Origin: an uncultured virus (IMG/VR IMGVR_UViG_3300037067_003729)
Taxonomy: Duplodnaviria; Heunggongvirae; Uroviricota; Caudoviricetes
Reading direction: 5' to 3' (one strand)
Length of the DNA stretch: 64,000 nt
Virus record (IMG/VR): IMGVR_UViG_3300037067_003729
Part shown: one piece after another, positions 9,690-20,418 of the stretch
Position numbering within the stretch: position 1 is the first letter of the stretch
Layout: each line of letters opens with the position of its first letter
Notes under the pieces: model-generated
The model's input: the letters and a program-made list of their open reading frames with translations, nothing else
Told to the model about the DNA's origin: nothing
The model's database searches: none
Program-made: the position numbers and the translations under genes

Positions 9690-10421
9690 ATGAGCCTTTA
9701 TGTAAAGATGTTCAACGTAATGAATGATTCTGAAGCGATAGAAAAAAACATGGAGGTCGGCACGGGAAAGAACGCATACAAGGCAGTTTCGGAAGCAACT
9801 ATCTTGAACATGATAAAGCCGTTGTTTAAGAAATATGAGCTTATTATATTCCCCATTAGCGGAGATATAAAAGACCATTGCATGACCTGGGATAAAACAG
9901 ACTATGATGGGAAAACCTCCCAGGCCTTGCGAGCAATGACGGAATTAAAAGTTACATATCGAATTCTTGACGTTGAATCGGGAGAATTTCAGGATGTTGT
10001 CGGCTTCGGAAATGGCGCAGATACGCAGGATAAGGGCGCAGGGAAAGCCTTTACATACTCATTGAAAAATGTACTTAGTAAAACTTTCATGTTGTTTTCA
10101 GGTGAAGATACAGACAATGAACATAGTGACGACATAGGAAAGTCGCATAAAACCCCACAACAGAGCAAACCAAGCACACCACTAGCAGGGGATAAACCTG
10201 AAAAATCAAAAGTCCATGCAACGCTACCACAGATAAAGGAACTGGAAGTGCTGGCAAGTACAGAAAAAGGACTTGAGAAAGCTACGTACTGGGATTTTCT
10301 GAAAAAGCTCGAAGTTGACCACAAAATAAGTAGTCAGTACCCTATGAACAAAGAGAAGCATATCCAGTGGACGGTAGACGATTACGAGACAATTAAGGCA
10401 ACGCTTGAATGTCCGTTTTGA
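9690..10421 (+). CDS. ERF-family ssDNA annealing protein
   Basis: YKAVSEA.IL..IKP; G.GADTQDKGAGKAFTYSLK..L...F....GEDTD signature. Confidence 0.88.
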   Translation: MSLYVKMFNVMNDSEAIEKNMEVGTGKNAYKAVSEATILNMIKPLFKKYELIIFPISGDIKDHCMTWDKTDYDGKTSQALRAMTELKVTYRILDVESGEFQDVVGFGNGADTQDKGAGKAFTYSLKNVLSKTFMLFSGEDTDNEHSDDIGKSHKTPQQSKPSTPLAGDKPEKSKVHATLPQIKELEVLASTEKGLEKATYWDFLKKLEVDHKISSQYPMNKEKHIQWTVDDYETIKATLECPF

Positions 10422-10423
10422 TG

Positions 10424-10825
10424 GATACATATACACCGGCATACCCTAAGCCAGCACAAAAGAGACAGAGAGTACATAAGCATCCCCCTAGAAACAAGGT
10501 GCCAACGATAAATGATCTATGTTATGAGTGCTTGCAAAATGGAATTACAACGCCGTATGCGGCCATGCATGAAGTATTTTACGGCACCGGATACAGACAA
10601 CTGTCTCAAAGATACAAGATGCAGATACGGCTTTGTAACTTCCACCACCAAGATAGCAAACATGGAATACATTTTAATCGTGATTTTGATTACCGGATAT
10701 CAAAAATGTATCAGCAGGTATTCACTGAAAAACACGGGACAGAACTATTTAGGCAAAAGTTTGGTGACAATATGGCAGCAAAAGAACTGAAATATGAAAG
10801 GAGCCTTTATGAAAATCCAACTTAA
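10424..10825 (+). CDS. HNH-like Zn nuclease (Ref/NinG-like)
   Basis: CYEC..HEVFYG...R..S...LC.FHH....GIH. Confidence 0.65.
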   Translation, partial: DTYTPAYPKPAQKRQRVHKHPPRNKVPTINDLCYECLQNGITTPYAAMHEVFYGTGYRQLSQRYKMQIRLCNFHHQDSKHGIHFNRDFDYRISKMYQQVFTEKHGTELFRQKFGDNMAAKELKYERSLYENPT

Positions 10826-11123
10826 CGACAGATTTATGATAACTGGCATACCGATGAACTTTGTTCTTAACGAGAAGAAAGTTTATGACAAAGGTGAAAA
10901 AGCCGGTCAGGAATATTGGACAGTCGCAGGATATTATTCCAATTTTGAATCGCTGTTATCTGGACTGTTTAAACGAGGCATACAGGAATCGGAATGTGAA
11001 GATGTAAATTTACTCATTCAAGAAGTTAAAAACGGTGCACAGGCTATTGCGACACAAATAAAGATACTCAGTGACGTTACAGTCAAGGAAAACATTGAAC
11101 TGGACATAGAACGCGAAGAATAA
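10809..11123 (+). CDS. DUF5405-like phage protein
   Basis: K.GEKAGQEYW...GYY.NF..L pattern. Confidence 0.55.
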   Translation: MKIQLNDRFMITGIPMNFVLNEKKVYDKGEKAGQEYWTVAGYYSNFESLLSGLFKRGIQESECEDVNLLIQEVKNGAQAIATQIKILSDVTVKENIELDIEREE

Positions 11124-11201
11124 TCTGTTTTTGGAATTATCTGTAGTACGGAATATAAAAAATATGTTGAACCGATTATGGTTCAGAAAGAGAGTACAAA
11201 A

Positions 11202-11627
11202 ATGGAAAATACAATGTTAAGTCTAAAGATCAGCGAAGATATGGTAAGGGAGATTGTTTCAAAGCAAATCCAGCAAGCCATTGTTAAGGAATTAGGTAAT
11301 GCCGAGGAATACATGGGAGCTATTATTAATGTCGCCCTTCACCAAAAAGTCAGTTCAAGCGGAACAGTAAGTACATATTCATCTGACAACAAATATGATT
11401 ATCTCGACATTGTACTAAAAAATAATGTGCAAGAAGCGGCTAAAAAAGCGATAAGGGAATTTATAGAAGAAAATTCAGAGAAACTAAAATGTGCGCTCAA
11501 AAAAGAACTTGAAAAATCAGCCACTAAAGATAAACTCGTGGATACTTTTATTAATGGCGCCGTAAATGCCTTTACTAACAGCTGGTCATTTAATTGCAAT
11601 GTAAATTTTGTAACTCCAAAGGAATAG
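11202..11627 (+). CDS. hypothetical protein
   Basis: Long ORF in the early operon. Confidence 0.6.
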   Translation: MENTMLSLKISEDMVREIVSKQIQQAIVKELGNAEEYMGAIINVALHQKVSSSGTVSTYSSDNKYDYLDIVLKNNVQEAAKKAIREFIEENSEKLKCALKKELEKSATKDKLVDTFINGAVNAFTNSWSFNCNVNFVTPKE

Positions 11628-11635
11628 GTATCCAC

Positions 11636-12190
11636 ATGAGATCCATATCAAAATCTATCCGCCTGCAATACGACGAATCCGGTCACCCTGAACTCACCCT
11701 ATCCCTTAGCCTGTCCAAGCAGGAGGCTATGATCGCAACTGCAGAGCTTAGGGATATATTGGTGAAAGGGAAGGAACTGGTTGTAGAGGTCAAGCAATAC
11801 CGGCAGAAGCGCAGCCTTGATTCTAATAGTTACGCATGGGTATTGATCGGTAAAATTGCTAAAGCTTGGCAACCTCCAGTACCAGCGGATGATGTTTATA
11901 TCGAAATGCTTAAACGGTACGGGCAACATGAATCTGAGTTATTATCCGTAGTTTCCGAAGCTGCACCCATGATCTACCGCGCAACAAATAACCATTGCTC
12001 CGAGGCCGGTGAAAGTGAACTAAACGGTAAAACCTTTAAACATTTTAGAATCCTAATCGGATCCTCGCAGTACAACAGTAAAGATATGGCGACTTTGATA
12101 GACGGGATTGTATCTGAGTGCAAAGAGCTGGGAATAGAGACTATGCCGCCGGATGAAATAAAGAGAGTGAATGAACAGTGGGGCAGGTGA
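11636..12190 (+). CDS. NinB/Orf-like recombination accessory protein
   Basis: KRSLDSNSYAWVLIGKIA...GSSQYNSKDMATLIDGIVSECKELGIET. Confidence 0.75.
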   Translation: MRSISKSIRLQYDESGHPELTLSLSLSKQEAMIATAELRDILVKGKELVVEVKQYRQKRSLDSNSYAWVLIGKIAKAWQPPVPADDVYIEMLKRYGQHESELLSVVSEAAPMIYRATNNHCSEAGESELNGKTFKHFRILIGSSQYNSKDMATLIDGIVSECKELGIETMPPDEIKRVNEQWGR

Positions 12191-12891
12191 TGCCATTGGA
12201 CGGATGGATAAAACTTTATAGATTGATCATTGACAAACCAATATGGAAGCAGTCAACACCTGAACAAAAATCCATCCTCATTACTCTCTTATGTATGGTC
12301 AACCATGAAGCTGAGGAATGGGAATGGCAAGGCAAAAAGTATGTGTGCAGGCCTGGGCAGAAGATTACAAGCCTTGAAAAAATACGTAAAGCCTGTGGGA
12401 AAGGTGTGTCAATACAAAATATTCGTACTGCCTTTGTTAGATTTGAAAAACTCGAATTTCTAACATACGAATCAACAAAGGAGTCAAGGCTTGTAACTGT
12501 ACTGAATTGGGAGTTGTACCAGTCGGAAGAAAAAAATCAACAAAGCAATCAACAAACGGGTAACAAAGACCTAACAACTAACAAGAATGATAAGAATAAT
12601 AAGAATAAAACATATAGTGCATTTTTTGAAAAAGTATGGTCACTTTACCCAAACAAAAAAGGTAAAGCACAAGTTAGTGACACCACTAAAGAAAAGTTAT
12701 ATGAAATAGGTTTTGAACAATTAATAAAATGTATTGACAGATATAAAACATCTAAGCCGGATTGGCAGCAATACCAAAATGGAAGCACATTTTTTTATAG
12801 CGGCTATGTTGATTACCTTGACAAAAATTATCAAGAGCAAGAAGAAACCAGCACATACCGTAACATGACAAATTATGAACCGGGAGAGTGA
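12190..12891 (+). CDS. Phage replication initiator / replisome organizer
   Basis: GWIKLYR..W N-terminus, N/K-rich linker, FEKVWSLYPNKKGK..GSTFF C-terminus; directly upstream of DnaB. Confidence 0.85.
   Translation: MPLDGWIKLYRLIIDKPIWKQSTPEQKSILITLLCMVNHEAEEWEWQGKKYVCRPGQKITSLEKIRKACGKGVSIQNIRTAFVRFEKLEFLTYESTKESRLVTVLNWELYQSEEKNQQSNQQTGNKDLTTNKNDKNNKNKTYSAFFEKVWSLYPNKKGKAQVSDTTKEKLYEIGFEQLIKCIDRYKTSKPDWQQYQNGSTFFYSGYVDYLDKNYQEQEETSTYRNMTNYEPGE
12470..12610 (+). repeat. Probable replication origin (iteron-like AATCAACAAA/TAACAA repeats inside initiator gene)
   Basis: AATCAACAAAG..AATCAACAAAGCAATCAACAAAC, TAACAA repeats and AAGAAT repeats; lambdoid-type placement. Confidence 0.55.
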
Positions 12892-12895
12892 GAGT

Positions 12896-14146
12896 ATGAT
12901 ATTCAATATTGAAATCGAAAGAGCCATGATAGGATGCATATTACTTGGAAAAACGGAATACATTAACAAACTTACGGAACGCGATTTTTCCGTTGCATGT
13001 TATCAGGCAGCACTACGAGCAATGAAAGATTTGTATAACACTTCGAAAGCCATTGACATAATAAGCGTAGCAGACGAACTGCCTAAAATAACAAATATAC
13101 TCAATATCCTCTGTGCCACAACGGATGTACCTACAGAGGAAAATGTAGGATATTATTATCGGACCTTGAAAGAATATTCCGCACGAAGAAACATATCAAA
13201 GGCAGCGCACACGATTATTGAAATGGCTGAAAGATACGAATATGATAACGTCGCAAGTTTTAAGTCAGACATTATGAAATTGGTGGATATCCCGATAAAC
13301 GACTTTCAAAAAAAGAGTTTTAAATTCCAGGACATCATCAACGATACTTTGCAGAATATAGAGGATGAATATAACAAGACTGATGAAAATAGGCTTATGA
13401 CAGGATTTTATGACCTTGATAAGCTCACTGCCGGACTGCACCCTGAAGAATTGACAATAATAGCAGCGCGTCCCGGAGTTGGCAAAACTGTAATGGGCGT
13501 AAATCTTATTATAAATCTATCGCGTAAAGGTAATAAATGCCTACTTGTATCTCGCGAGATGTCATCAAATCAACTCATGAAACGCTTTATAGCAAATTAC
13601 GCTCCTATGGACGGACAGAAACTAAGGCTGTGTAAAACCTTGTTGAGCACAGATTTTCAGCAACTTGCACATGCAGCCGGCGAGATGGGAGAATGGCCTA
13701 TAATCATCAATGATAAACTTTCTACAGTTCAAGAAATTCGCGCATACTGCCGGGATGAAAAGCCTGATGTACTGGTAGTTGACTATCTCCAGCTTTGTAG
13801 GAGTGCAGGGAAAATTGAATCACGCAGGCAAGAAATTGAGGAAATCAGCCGACAGTTTAAAGAAATATCAATGGAATTTAGCATACCGGTTATCGTGTTG
13901 AGCCAGCTAACCAGGGAAAATGCAAAAACAGGCCGTCCGCCCGAATTACATGATCTGAGGGAATCTGGGAGCATAGAACAGGACGCAGACAACGTAATAT
14001 TCCTCCATATTCCCAAGGATACCAATGAAACACAGGACATTTACGACCTACAAGTTATAGTAGCTAAACAACGCAATGGACCGACCGGATATATCTATCT
14101 ACGGCACTATAAAAAGACGTTCCACTTATACAATATTGGGAGGTGA
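12896..14146 (+). CDS. dnaB: Replicative DNA helicase DnaB
   Basis: AARPGVGKT Walker A, SREM, VVDYLQL, LSQLTR, LRESGSIEQDAD, KQRNG. Confidence 0.96.
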   Translation: MIFNIEIERAMIGCILLGKTEYINKLTERDFSVACYQAALRAMKDLYNTSKAIDIISVADELPKITNILNILCATTDVPTEENVGYYYRTLKEYSARRNISKAAHTIIEMAERYEYDNVASFKSDIMKLVDIPINDFQKKSFKFQDIINDTLQNIEDEYNKTDENRLMTGFYDLDKLTAGLHPEELTIIAARPGVGKTVMGVNLIINLSRKGNKCLLVSREMSSNQLMKRFIANYAPMDGQKLRLCKTLLSTDFQQLAHAAGEMGEWPIIINDKLSTVQEIRAYCRDEKPDVLVVDYLQLCRSAGKIESRRQEIEEISRQFKEISMEFSIPVIVLSQLTRENAKTGRPPELHDLRESGSIEQDADNVIFLHIPKDTNETQDIYDLQVIVAKQRNGPTGYIYLRHYKKTFHLYNIGR

Positions 14147-14337
14147 TACCATGTTAATTTTATTAATCCTGCTGGCGATCGTAATAATTGTTTGGTTCTG
14201 CGAAAAGCCAGAGCCAAAGTCCCATAAATGCGAACACTGCCACTACGCACACTTGAATTACATAGATGAACCCTGTTTTGATTGCAATAACGGAGATAAG
14301 TTTATAAAGAGTGAAATGTATGGACAAGAGGGGAATT

Positions 14338-14646
14338 ATGAAAAAATTAATATGCCTTGATGATTTAGAAAGACGTTGCGGATATTCCAGCACAACGCGA
14401 AATGGCGAAGCAAACAATAATGGATACGGTTGCACACATCGAGGGAATAAAGAAACTCCAGGAGAATGCCATTCATATTCTTGTCCCGTAGCGGTTGAGG
14501 CAGATTACGAAGAAATATTGGAAATTGATCCTGAGTTAGCTAAAGAGTATGAGAATGAGCAACAAGAGCATGGATGGATAGAGAGTGATTGGATGGTAGT
14601 ATGGAGACCTTATTATATTAAAAAAATATTTGGGGAGGTCACATGA
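14338..14646 (+). CDS. hypothetical Cys-rich protein
   Basis: NNGYGCTH..GECHSYSCP motif, GAGGG RBS. Confidence 0.6.
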   Translation: MKKLICLDDLERRCGYSSTTRNGEANNNGYGCTHRGNKETPGECHSYSCPVAVEADYEEILEIDPELAKEYENEQQEHGWIESDWMVVWRPYYIKKIFGEVT

Positions 14647-14918
14647 AAAAACTCGAATGGGTGTTCGCTTTAATCATAACCCTGGCAATCATTTTTATGG
14701 TTTATTCCGCGAATCAGACACAAAAACAGGTACTTTTACATAATCAGCAAAATAATGTCTTAAAAAGGCAAATAGAGGCCTTGCCATTGAAAATTGACAT
14801 TAACAAGGAACTGGTTACAGAAATTAAGAGTTTGACCCGCGAAAATGAACAACTCATCACGGAAAACCGGGCACTGAAAGATTATATAAAGGGATTTGAT
14901 GGATTTTGGAAGGAATAA
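14643..14918 (+). CDS. membrane-anchored coiled-coil protein
   Basis: N-terminal TM segment then heptads. Confidence 0.55.
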   Translation: MKKLEWVFALIITLAIIFMVYSANQTQKQVLLHNQQNNVLKRQIEALPLKIDINKELVTEIKSLTRENEQLITENRALKDYIKGFDGFWKE

Positions 14919-14931
14919 GGAGGGGTGAGGG

Positions 14932-15444
14932 ATGAAACTGACAGATGAAAATATCAAAATACTGAAAGAAAATGACATATTAATTAATGGGCGATCTGTG
15001 TTTGACACCATAGAAGCCTTACAGCAGGAGACAACAAAACTCCGAGCTGAGCTCGAAACCATTAAGCACATTGCCAACGAGCAAACCGAGGCTGCTATAG
15101 ATTTGCAGCAGGAGAATGAGCAACTACAGGCACAGAATAGGGCAATGACAGAGGCAATAAAATATGTCCTATACCACCTTAAGCGTGGTGGGGAATCGTG
15201 TATAATAGACAGATTGGAATCAACTCTCTCCACTACACCCACCACCTACCAGAAAAAACAATTTGCAGAAATACATCCAGCATATATCAGGGAAATATTT
15301 GCAGAGTGGGCGAGATTAAAAAGTTTAGATATAGGATGTGCTGAATATCAAGGTATGCAGCGCGAATTTTCTTGTATAAACAGTTTACGTGAACAAGCCC
15401 TAGAGCAGATAGATAAAGTAGGAGGACAGGAACATGTCAGATAA
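14932..15444 (+). CDS. hypothetical coiled-coil protein
   Basis: Strong RBS, 170 aa. Confidence 0.6.
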   Translation: MKLTDENIKILKENDILINGRSVFDTIEALQQETTKLRAELETIKHIANEQTEAAIDLQQENEQLQAQNRAMTEAIKYVLYHLKRGGESCIIDRLESTLSTTPTTYQKKQFAEIHPAYIREIFAEWARLKSLDIGCAEYQGMQREFSCINSLREQALEQIDKVGGQEHVR

Positions 15445-15850
15445 AATGTCGCATGAATCATATTTACAACGAATAGAGGATTGCCAGAAAACATTAAGTG
15501 AAATTTCTGAAAGCAAAATACTTGGCGACGGAACACAACAAACATGGGCCTGTGGCATTACAGCCCATCATCTTTTAACTGACTTGACGGAGTTTGCCAA
15601 GGCTAAGGCAGAGGGACGGCTTGTGGTGCTGCCGTGCAAGGTAGGGGATACGGTGTATGCTGTTACCAAACGAGAAATTGTCCATTGTAAAATCGTGGAG
15701 TTCACTGTAAAAGAAAACGGTATATCGTTTGTGCGGTTATTTTCTTCCGACGATAGACTTGCAGATTTTCAATATTATCACTTTTGCAAAACCGTATTTC
15801 TCACCCGTGAAGCCGCCGAACAGGCACTGGCAGGAGGTGGGGAGAAATGA
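15434..15850 (+). CDS. conserved phage protein
   Basis: EGRLVVLPCKVGDTVY...KTVFLTREAAEQAL motif typical of Bacillota phages. Confidence 0.7.
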   Translation: MSDKMSHESYLQRIEDCQKTLSEISESKILGDGTQQTWACGITAHHLLTDLTEFAKAKAEGRLVVLPCKVGDTVYAVTKREIVHCKIVEFTVKENGISFVRLFSSDDRLADFQYYHFCKTVFLTREAAEQALAGGGEK

Positions 15851-16344
15851 ACAAACAAGGTAAAGACAAGATTGAATTAATCAAGTGCGCGTGCGGCTGT
15901 GGAAATTATATTCCTGCATTTGATAAAAAGAATAGACCTAGAAGATTTTGCAGAGGACATAAACACAGCAACGGACATTTTGATAAAAAGGGTTATAAAT
16001 GGATTCAGATACCTGGAACTGGAAAGAAAATTCAAGAACACAGGCACATTGTAGAAAATAAACTCGGAAGAAAACTCAAGCCAGACGAAAGAGTACATCA
16101 TGACAATGAGATGAAGCATGACAATGCGCCCGATAATCTTGTGCTCATGAACGTAAATAGGCATAACCATTTTCACAGGCCACCTTTAGAAATCCCTATA
16201 GAAATTATCGAATGCGCTTGTGGATGCAGAACGAAGTTTAATAAATTCGATAACCGAGGCAGAGAAAGAAAATATATATCGCCAAGCCATGCATGGAAAA
16301 AGCCACATGGCAGAGGAAATCCAAACAGAAAGAGGGTGTCGTAA
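15847..16344 (+). CDS. HNH endonuclease
   Basis: CACGCG repeats; EHRHIVE..LGRKL..ERVHH.N..KHDN..DNL. Confidence 0.88.
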   Translation: MNKQGKDKIELIKCACGCGNYIPAFDKKNRPRRFCRGHKHSNGHFDKKGYKWIQIPGTGKKIQEHRHIVENKLGRKLKPDERVHHDNEMKHDNAPDNLVLMNVNRHNHFHRPPLEIPIEIIECACGCRTKFNKFDNRGRERKYISPSHAWKKPHGRGNPNRKRVS

Positions 16345-17045
16345 TGCCGACGGGAATAGAATGGTGCGATGAAACAATAAATCCGTTAGGACACGGCTGT
16401 TATGGTCCGGGTGGAACAAAAGAAAACCCCAAAATATGTCCATACTGTTATGCTCATAGATTAGCAAAGCGAGGCATGAGGAAGTGTGAGTTGTGCAAAA
16501 AATTTATACCGCATACGCACTTTGAGCAATTGGAAAAATTGAAACAATGGAAAAATCCAAGAAAAATATTTGTCCAAAGCATGGGGGATCTATTCCATGA
16601 TGAAACGCCGGATGAGTGGATTCAGGAAGTGTTTAAGGCTTGCGAGGCAGCTCCACAGCACAAGTATTTGTTTTTGACGAAAAACTTTTTAAAAGCAAGC
16701 GACTTTAGATATCAGGATAATTGGTGGATAGGCAGAACAATAACAAATAAAGAGGATTCAAGCAAGCTTTGTACTGGCGATCCGTGGAGCATTGATGGAA
16801 TACACAGGGCAAATCATTTTTTATCAATTGAGCCGCTATTAGGTGATGTAGAATACTTAAAATATTACCTTTATTCTTTTAAGTGGGTTATCATCGGACA
16901 GCAGACCAATCCAAATAAGCCGCCTAAAGACGAATGGGTACAGAGTATTATTGACCAATGCAGGGCGGCAGGGGTGCCGGTATTCGTCAAGAGCCCATTA
17001 TATCAACAGTTTCGAATTCAGGAATGGCCGGAGGGATTGAAATGA
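16344..17045 (+). CDS. DUF5131 (phage Gp37/Gp68) family protein
   Basis: IEWCDETINP..GC..C.YCYA, IFVQSMGDLFH, FLTK, SIEPLL, WVIIG, VPVFVK. Confidence 0.88.
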   Translation: MPTGIEWCDETINPLGHGCYGPGGTKENPKICPYCYAHRLAKRGMRKCELCKKFIPHTHFEQLEKLKQWKNPRKIFVQSMGDLFHDETPDEWIQEVFKACEAAPQHKYLFLTKNFLKASDFRYQDNWWIGRTITNKEDSSKLCTGDPWSIDGIHRANHFLSIEPLLGDVEYLKYYLYSFKWVIIGQQTNPNKPPKDEWVQSIIDQCRAAGVPVFVKSPLYQQFRIQEWPEGLK

Positions 17046-17395
17046 GTGAATCCACCGAACAGCAAGCCTTATTCCAATGGGCTGCAATTGCCGCAAAGAA
17101 AACGCCGGAACTGAAACTACTTTTTGCCGTACCGAACGGTGGCAAGCGCAACATTACAACGGCGGCGCGACTGAAAAAGGAAGGTGTCAAGTCAGGCGTT
17201 CCAGACATCTGTCTTCCTGCTCCGCGCGGCGAATTTCACGGGTTGTACATCGAAATGAAAATTGACAAAAATAAGCCATCCGCAAATCAAATATGGTGGA
17301 TTGGACAGTTACAAAAACAAGGATACAAGGTAGATGTGTGCTATAGCTGGGGTGAGGCGGTAAAGGTTATTACGGAGTATATGATAGGAGAGTGA
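17042..17395 (+). CDS. VRR-NUC domain nuclease
   Basis: VPNGGKR..A.RLK.EGV..GVPD...GLYIEMK...Q..W. Confidence 0.92.
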   Translation: MSESTEQQALFQWAAIAAKKTPELKLLFAVPNGGKRNITTAARLKKEGVKSGVPDICLPAPRGEFHGLYIEMKIDKNKPSANQIWWIGQLQKQGYKVDVCYSWGEAVKVITEYMIGE

Positions 17396-17572
17396 GTCTA
17401 TGAGATCACTAAGGCAACATAAGTTACTCGCAAAATTTTTAAACGATAATTGCATAGATAAGCAATGTGCTCAGTGTGATTATTATATAAACTCCGACGT
17501 ATCCGACCATAAAATATGCGCACATCCCAATAGACCTAAAAGGTATAAAACTAAAGCGCGTGAGGTGAGCCA

Positions 17573-18169
17573 ATGAACATAGAACAAGCACTAAAGAATT
17601 ATAAAAAACGCAAGTCCATTGTAGAAACAATAGAGATACGCATAGAAGCCTATGAACGTATGCTTGCAGACTTTGATGATGATTGCTTTGAAATATCCGA
17701 ACCCCAGGAGCCGGGAATGCCACACTCACCCAACAGGAGCGGATCACCAACAGAACGCGCTGTAATGACAATGGAGTGCAGCAGGGAAGACGTGAAGGAA
17801 CTTATAAAGTCAGACAAATCAAGGCTGTTCTGGCCCAAATTAGAGATCGAACAGATAGAAAAAGCACTGGAGGGACTGACTCCGTGGGAAAGATATGTAG
17901 CGGGGGTAAAGTACTTTGATAGACTCAGCTGGAGGAATATCGAAATAAGTTTTAACAAGCAGTTTCCACAGAAAAACGATATCACAGAGGGAAGAATAAG
18001 GCAGATAAATGGTGAAGCATTAACAAAGCTCATTGAAATATTGAATCCATTTTATCTACAATATGAATCCATGTTAAAATTAGCAGAAAACTCACAGAAA
18101 ATTAGCAGAAAATTAGCAGTTTCACGCAGTTCAAAGGTTTATACTTATAACATGAGAAAAACTGAATAG
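17573..18169 (+). CDS. ArpU/RinA-like late transcriptional activator (1)
   Basis: GMPHS..SPTER.V; IEKALEGLTPWER....KYF..LSW sigma4-like C-terminus; at end of early operon. Confidence 0.75.
   Translation: MNIEQALKNYKKRKSIVETIEIRIEAYERMLADFDDDCFEISEPQEPGMPHSPNRSGSPTERAVMTMECSREDVKELIKSDKSRLFWPKLEIEQIEKALEGLTPWERYVAGVKYFDRLSWRNIEISFNKQFPQKNDITEGRIRQINGEALTKLIEILNPFYLQYESMLKLAENSQKISRKLAVSRSSKVYTYNMRKTE
18076..18119 (+). promoter_or_regulatory. Four tandem 11-bp repeats AAAATTAGCAG (probable late-activator binding site)
   Basis: AAAATTAGCAG AAAACTCACAG AAAATTAGCAG AAAATTAGCAG upstream of a TATACT -10-like hexamer. Confidence 0.6.
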
Positions 18170-18527
18170 TACATTTTCCTCCTCACAAAAATACATTCCC
18201 CTTTCAAGAGCCCTGCTAAATGCAGGGCTCAACTTATTTAGAATCCTCTTTTTTGTGATGATCGACAAGATAATCAATAATAATACGGCTGGCCTGCTGG
18301 CTGCGTGTGAAAAAGTGATCGGCGGCTTCTTTGTCGAGTAGATCAACGATTATTTGGGGGAGAACAACAGATATTTGTTTGTTGCCTGGTGATAACGGCA
18401 TATAATCAACTCCTTTACACTATTATACACCGACATGTAAACTACTGCAATAAAATATTTTACGAAAGTAGTTGACAAGTAAGTGACATGTAGTGTACAA
18501 TAAAGTCAAGAAATGATTGAAAGGGGT

Positions 18528-18902
18528 ATGGATATGACAAGAGAAATGCTGAAAATGGTTAAGGAAAGCAAACAAAGAGCCGCTGAACTTGTTAGATATG
18601 CAAATCCGAAAAGCAAAAGTAAGCCGTCCATAGAGCACATTACAGAAATTTTGACAGCAAGTATTCCGTATAAATACAGCGAAGGAAAGCCTGTTATAAC
18701 AAGTTTTAATGTAACCAGATGGAATGTAAACCACATCATAAGGTCAGCAAGGTTTCAGGTTGAAACATCAAACGGCAAAACATGGAAGATTGATGCATAT
18801 GAACAACTGAAGGGTCGGACAACAGAAGAAAAGGAATATGATAAAACCGCGACATTCCCGAGTGGATTATTTAACATCTATCATTCTGAAATCGCAGTTT
18901 AG
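18528..18902 (+). CDS. hypothetical accessory protein with own sigmaA promoter
   Basis: TTGACA(18473)-17 bp-TACAAT upstream; AGGGG RBS. Confidence 0.65.
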   Translation: MDMTREMLKMVKESKQRAAELVRYANPKSKSKPSIEHITEILTASIPYKYSEGKPVITSFNVTRWNVNHIIRSARFQVETSNGKTWKIDAYEQLKGRTTEEKEYDKTATFPSGLFNIYHSEIAV

Positions 18903-19259
18903 AGGGGTATAAAAGCCCCTTCAGGGAAGGGAAAGGGATATGAAGTGCTGGGAATGTAAATGTTCTGTACATAAAGTACATGTAGTTCATTACCTTAGTG
19001 AAAATCAAAACAACGAAGCTACCCGACATGTTTGCCCTGATTGTTATAAGAAACTACAGTTTAATGCAGGAAATTATATAGAGGTAAACAAAATTACACA
19101 ACGCAGTTTATAGGAGCCTAGTAAGCTCCTTTTATTATACAGATAAAGGAGTTAAGATCATGACAATAGAAAAGTACCTTGATATATTACTAAAGCCTAT
19201 TTGGAAATGCAACCTTGGAGAACAGTTTATAAGGCAGCAGGACAAATAAAAAAGACCTC

Positions 19260-19424
19260 CTATTTGGAGGCCTTATCTATTTCCTGCCTTATTAATTTTT
19301 CTAGCCAATTTGATAAGGTTCGACCCTCTTTTTCGGCGAGTGCGACTGCGGATTCCTTAAGTTCTTTAGTGGTTTTAACGTGGATGTCATCATCCTTGAG
19401 TTTTTGCCTTCCCCTGATAGCCAT
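19260..19424 (-). CDS. Ribbon-helix-helix (Arc/CopG-like) regulator 1, absent from ORF track
   Basis: Hand-translated MAIRGRQKLKDDDIHVKTTKELKESAVALAEKEGRTLSNWLEKLIRQEIDKASK; GGAGG RBS. Confidence 0.78.
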   Translation of the reverse strand: MAIRGRQKLKDDDIHVKTTKELKESAVALAEKEGRTLSNWLEKLIRQEIDKASK

Positions 19425-19428
19425 AGAT

Positions 19429-20019
19429 TTATTCCTCCGTTTCTTTAATATTAAAGGTCACGCGCCGTGTAACGTCACAATCAATAGCTGTGCGATATTG
19501 TTCTAAAGTCCAATTGTGTTTAGGGAGGTTTTCCGATAAACGTGCGCTTTTTTCGATTTGATATTCAGTATTAATGGCGGCATTGGTCAGCATTTTAGAT
19601 AGTGGCTTAAGGGATTTGATATCAAGCACGGGTTCGCCATCTGAGCCGTAATTAATAATTGTGCCGGTAATTTTGTACCCATAATTGTAGCCCTGGCAAC
19701 TGTATCCCCTGTGAATAGCCACGGAAAGTCCATTTTCAAGTTCATTGGCGGCAAAATTCTTTGAGCAGCGAATAGTTCCGGACTTGATTAATGCGATCTC
19801 GTTTTTATTATTGGTAAATCTCCAAAAGTAATCGTTTGATTCTGCATTAAAAGCGGCTTTTATGGCGTCTGATACGTCCGATAAAATAAGGTTATAGCCA
19901 TCTGTGGCATGGGGACTATATAGCGAGGCGTGTACTTCGACGATACCATTTTCCTTAATTGTAACTACGTTACTACTGTAGCCTCTTTTATAATAGCAAT
20001 TTACGATTACTTCACTCAT
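19429..20019 (-). CDS. hypothetical protein (accessory cassette 1)
   Basis: 196-aa ORF, GGAGG RBS, TTGACA..TATAAT promoter at ~20052-20081 on minus strand. Confidence 0.75.
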   Translation of the reverse strand: MSEVIVNCYYKRGYSSNVVTIKENGIVEVHASLYSPHATDGYNLILSDVSDAIKAAFNAESNDYFWRFTNNKNEIALIKSGTIRCSKNFAANELENGLSVAIHRGYSCQGYNYGYKITGTIINYGSDGEPVLDIKSLKPLSKMLTNAAINTEYQIEKSARLSENLPKHNWTLEQYRTAIDCDVTRRVTFNIKETEE

Positions 20020-20144
20020 TTTGCCGCCTCCATCAATTAGTTTATGCTCAAATTATATCATAGCATGTACACGTTTGTCAAGAGGTATTTAAAATATTTT
20101 TATGAAATAAATAAACTATTATAGCAGGACAAATAAAAAAGCCC

Positions 20145-20285
20145 TCACTTGGAGGCCTTCTCTATTTCCTGCTTAAGCAGATATTCAATCAGATTGCCGA
20201 GCGTTCGGCTTTGAGATTCTGCCAGTTGCTGAGCCTGGGATTTAAGTTCTGAGTTAATTCTGATAGTAAGTTGAGTGTCCTTCAT
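20145..20285 (-). CDS. Ribbon-helix-helix regulator 2, absent from ORF track
   Basis: Hand-translated MKDTQLTIRINSELKSQAQQLAESQSRTLGNLIEYLLKQEIEKASK; TAAGGAGG RBS. Confidence 0.8.
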   Translation of the reverse strand: MKDTQLTIRINSELKSQAQQLAESQSRTLGNLIEYLLKQEIEKASK

Positions 20286-20418
20286 GGATTGACCTCCTTA
20301 TATTGACAAATTGGTATATGTATTATATTATAATAAATGTCCGGCGGTTTATAACCGTAACGCGGTGGATTGAAATTTTAATATTATCATTTGGGAAAAG
20401 GCTGATTTATTCAGCCTT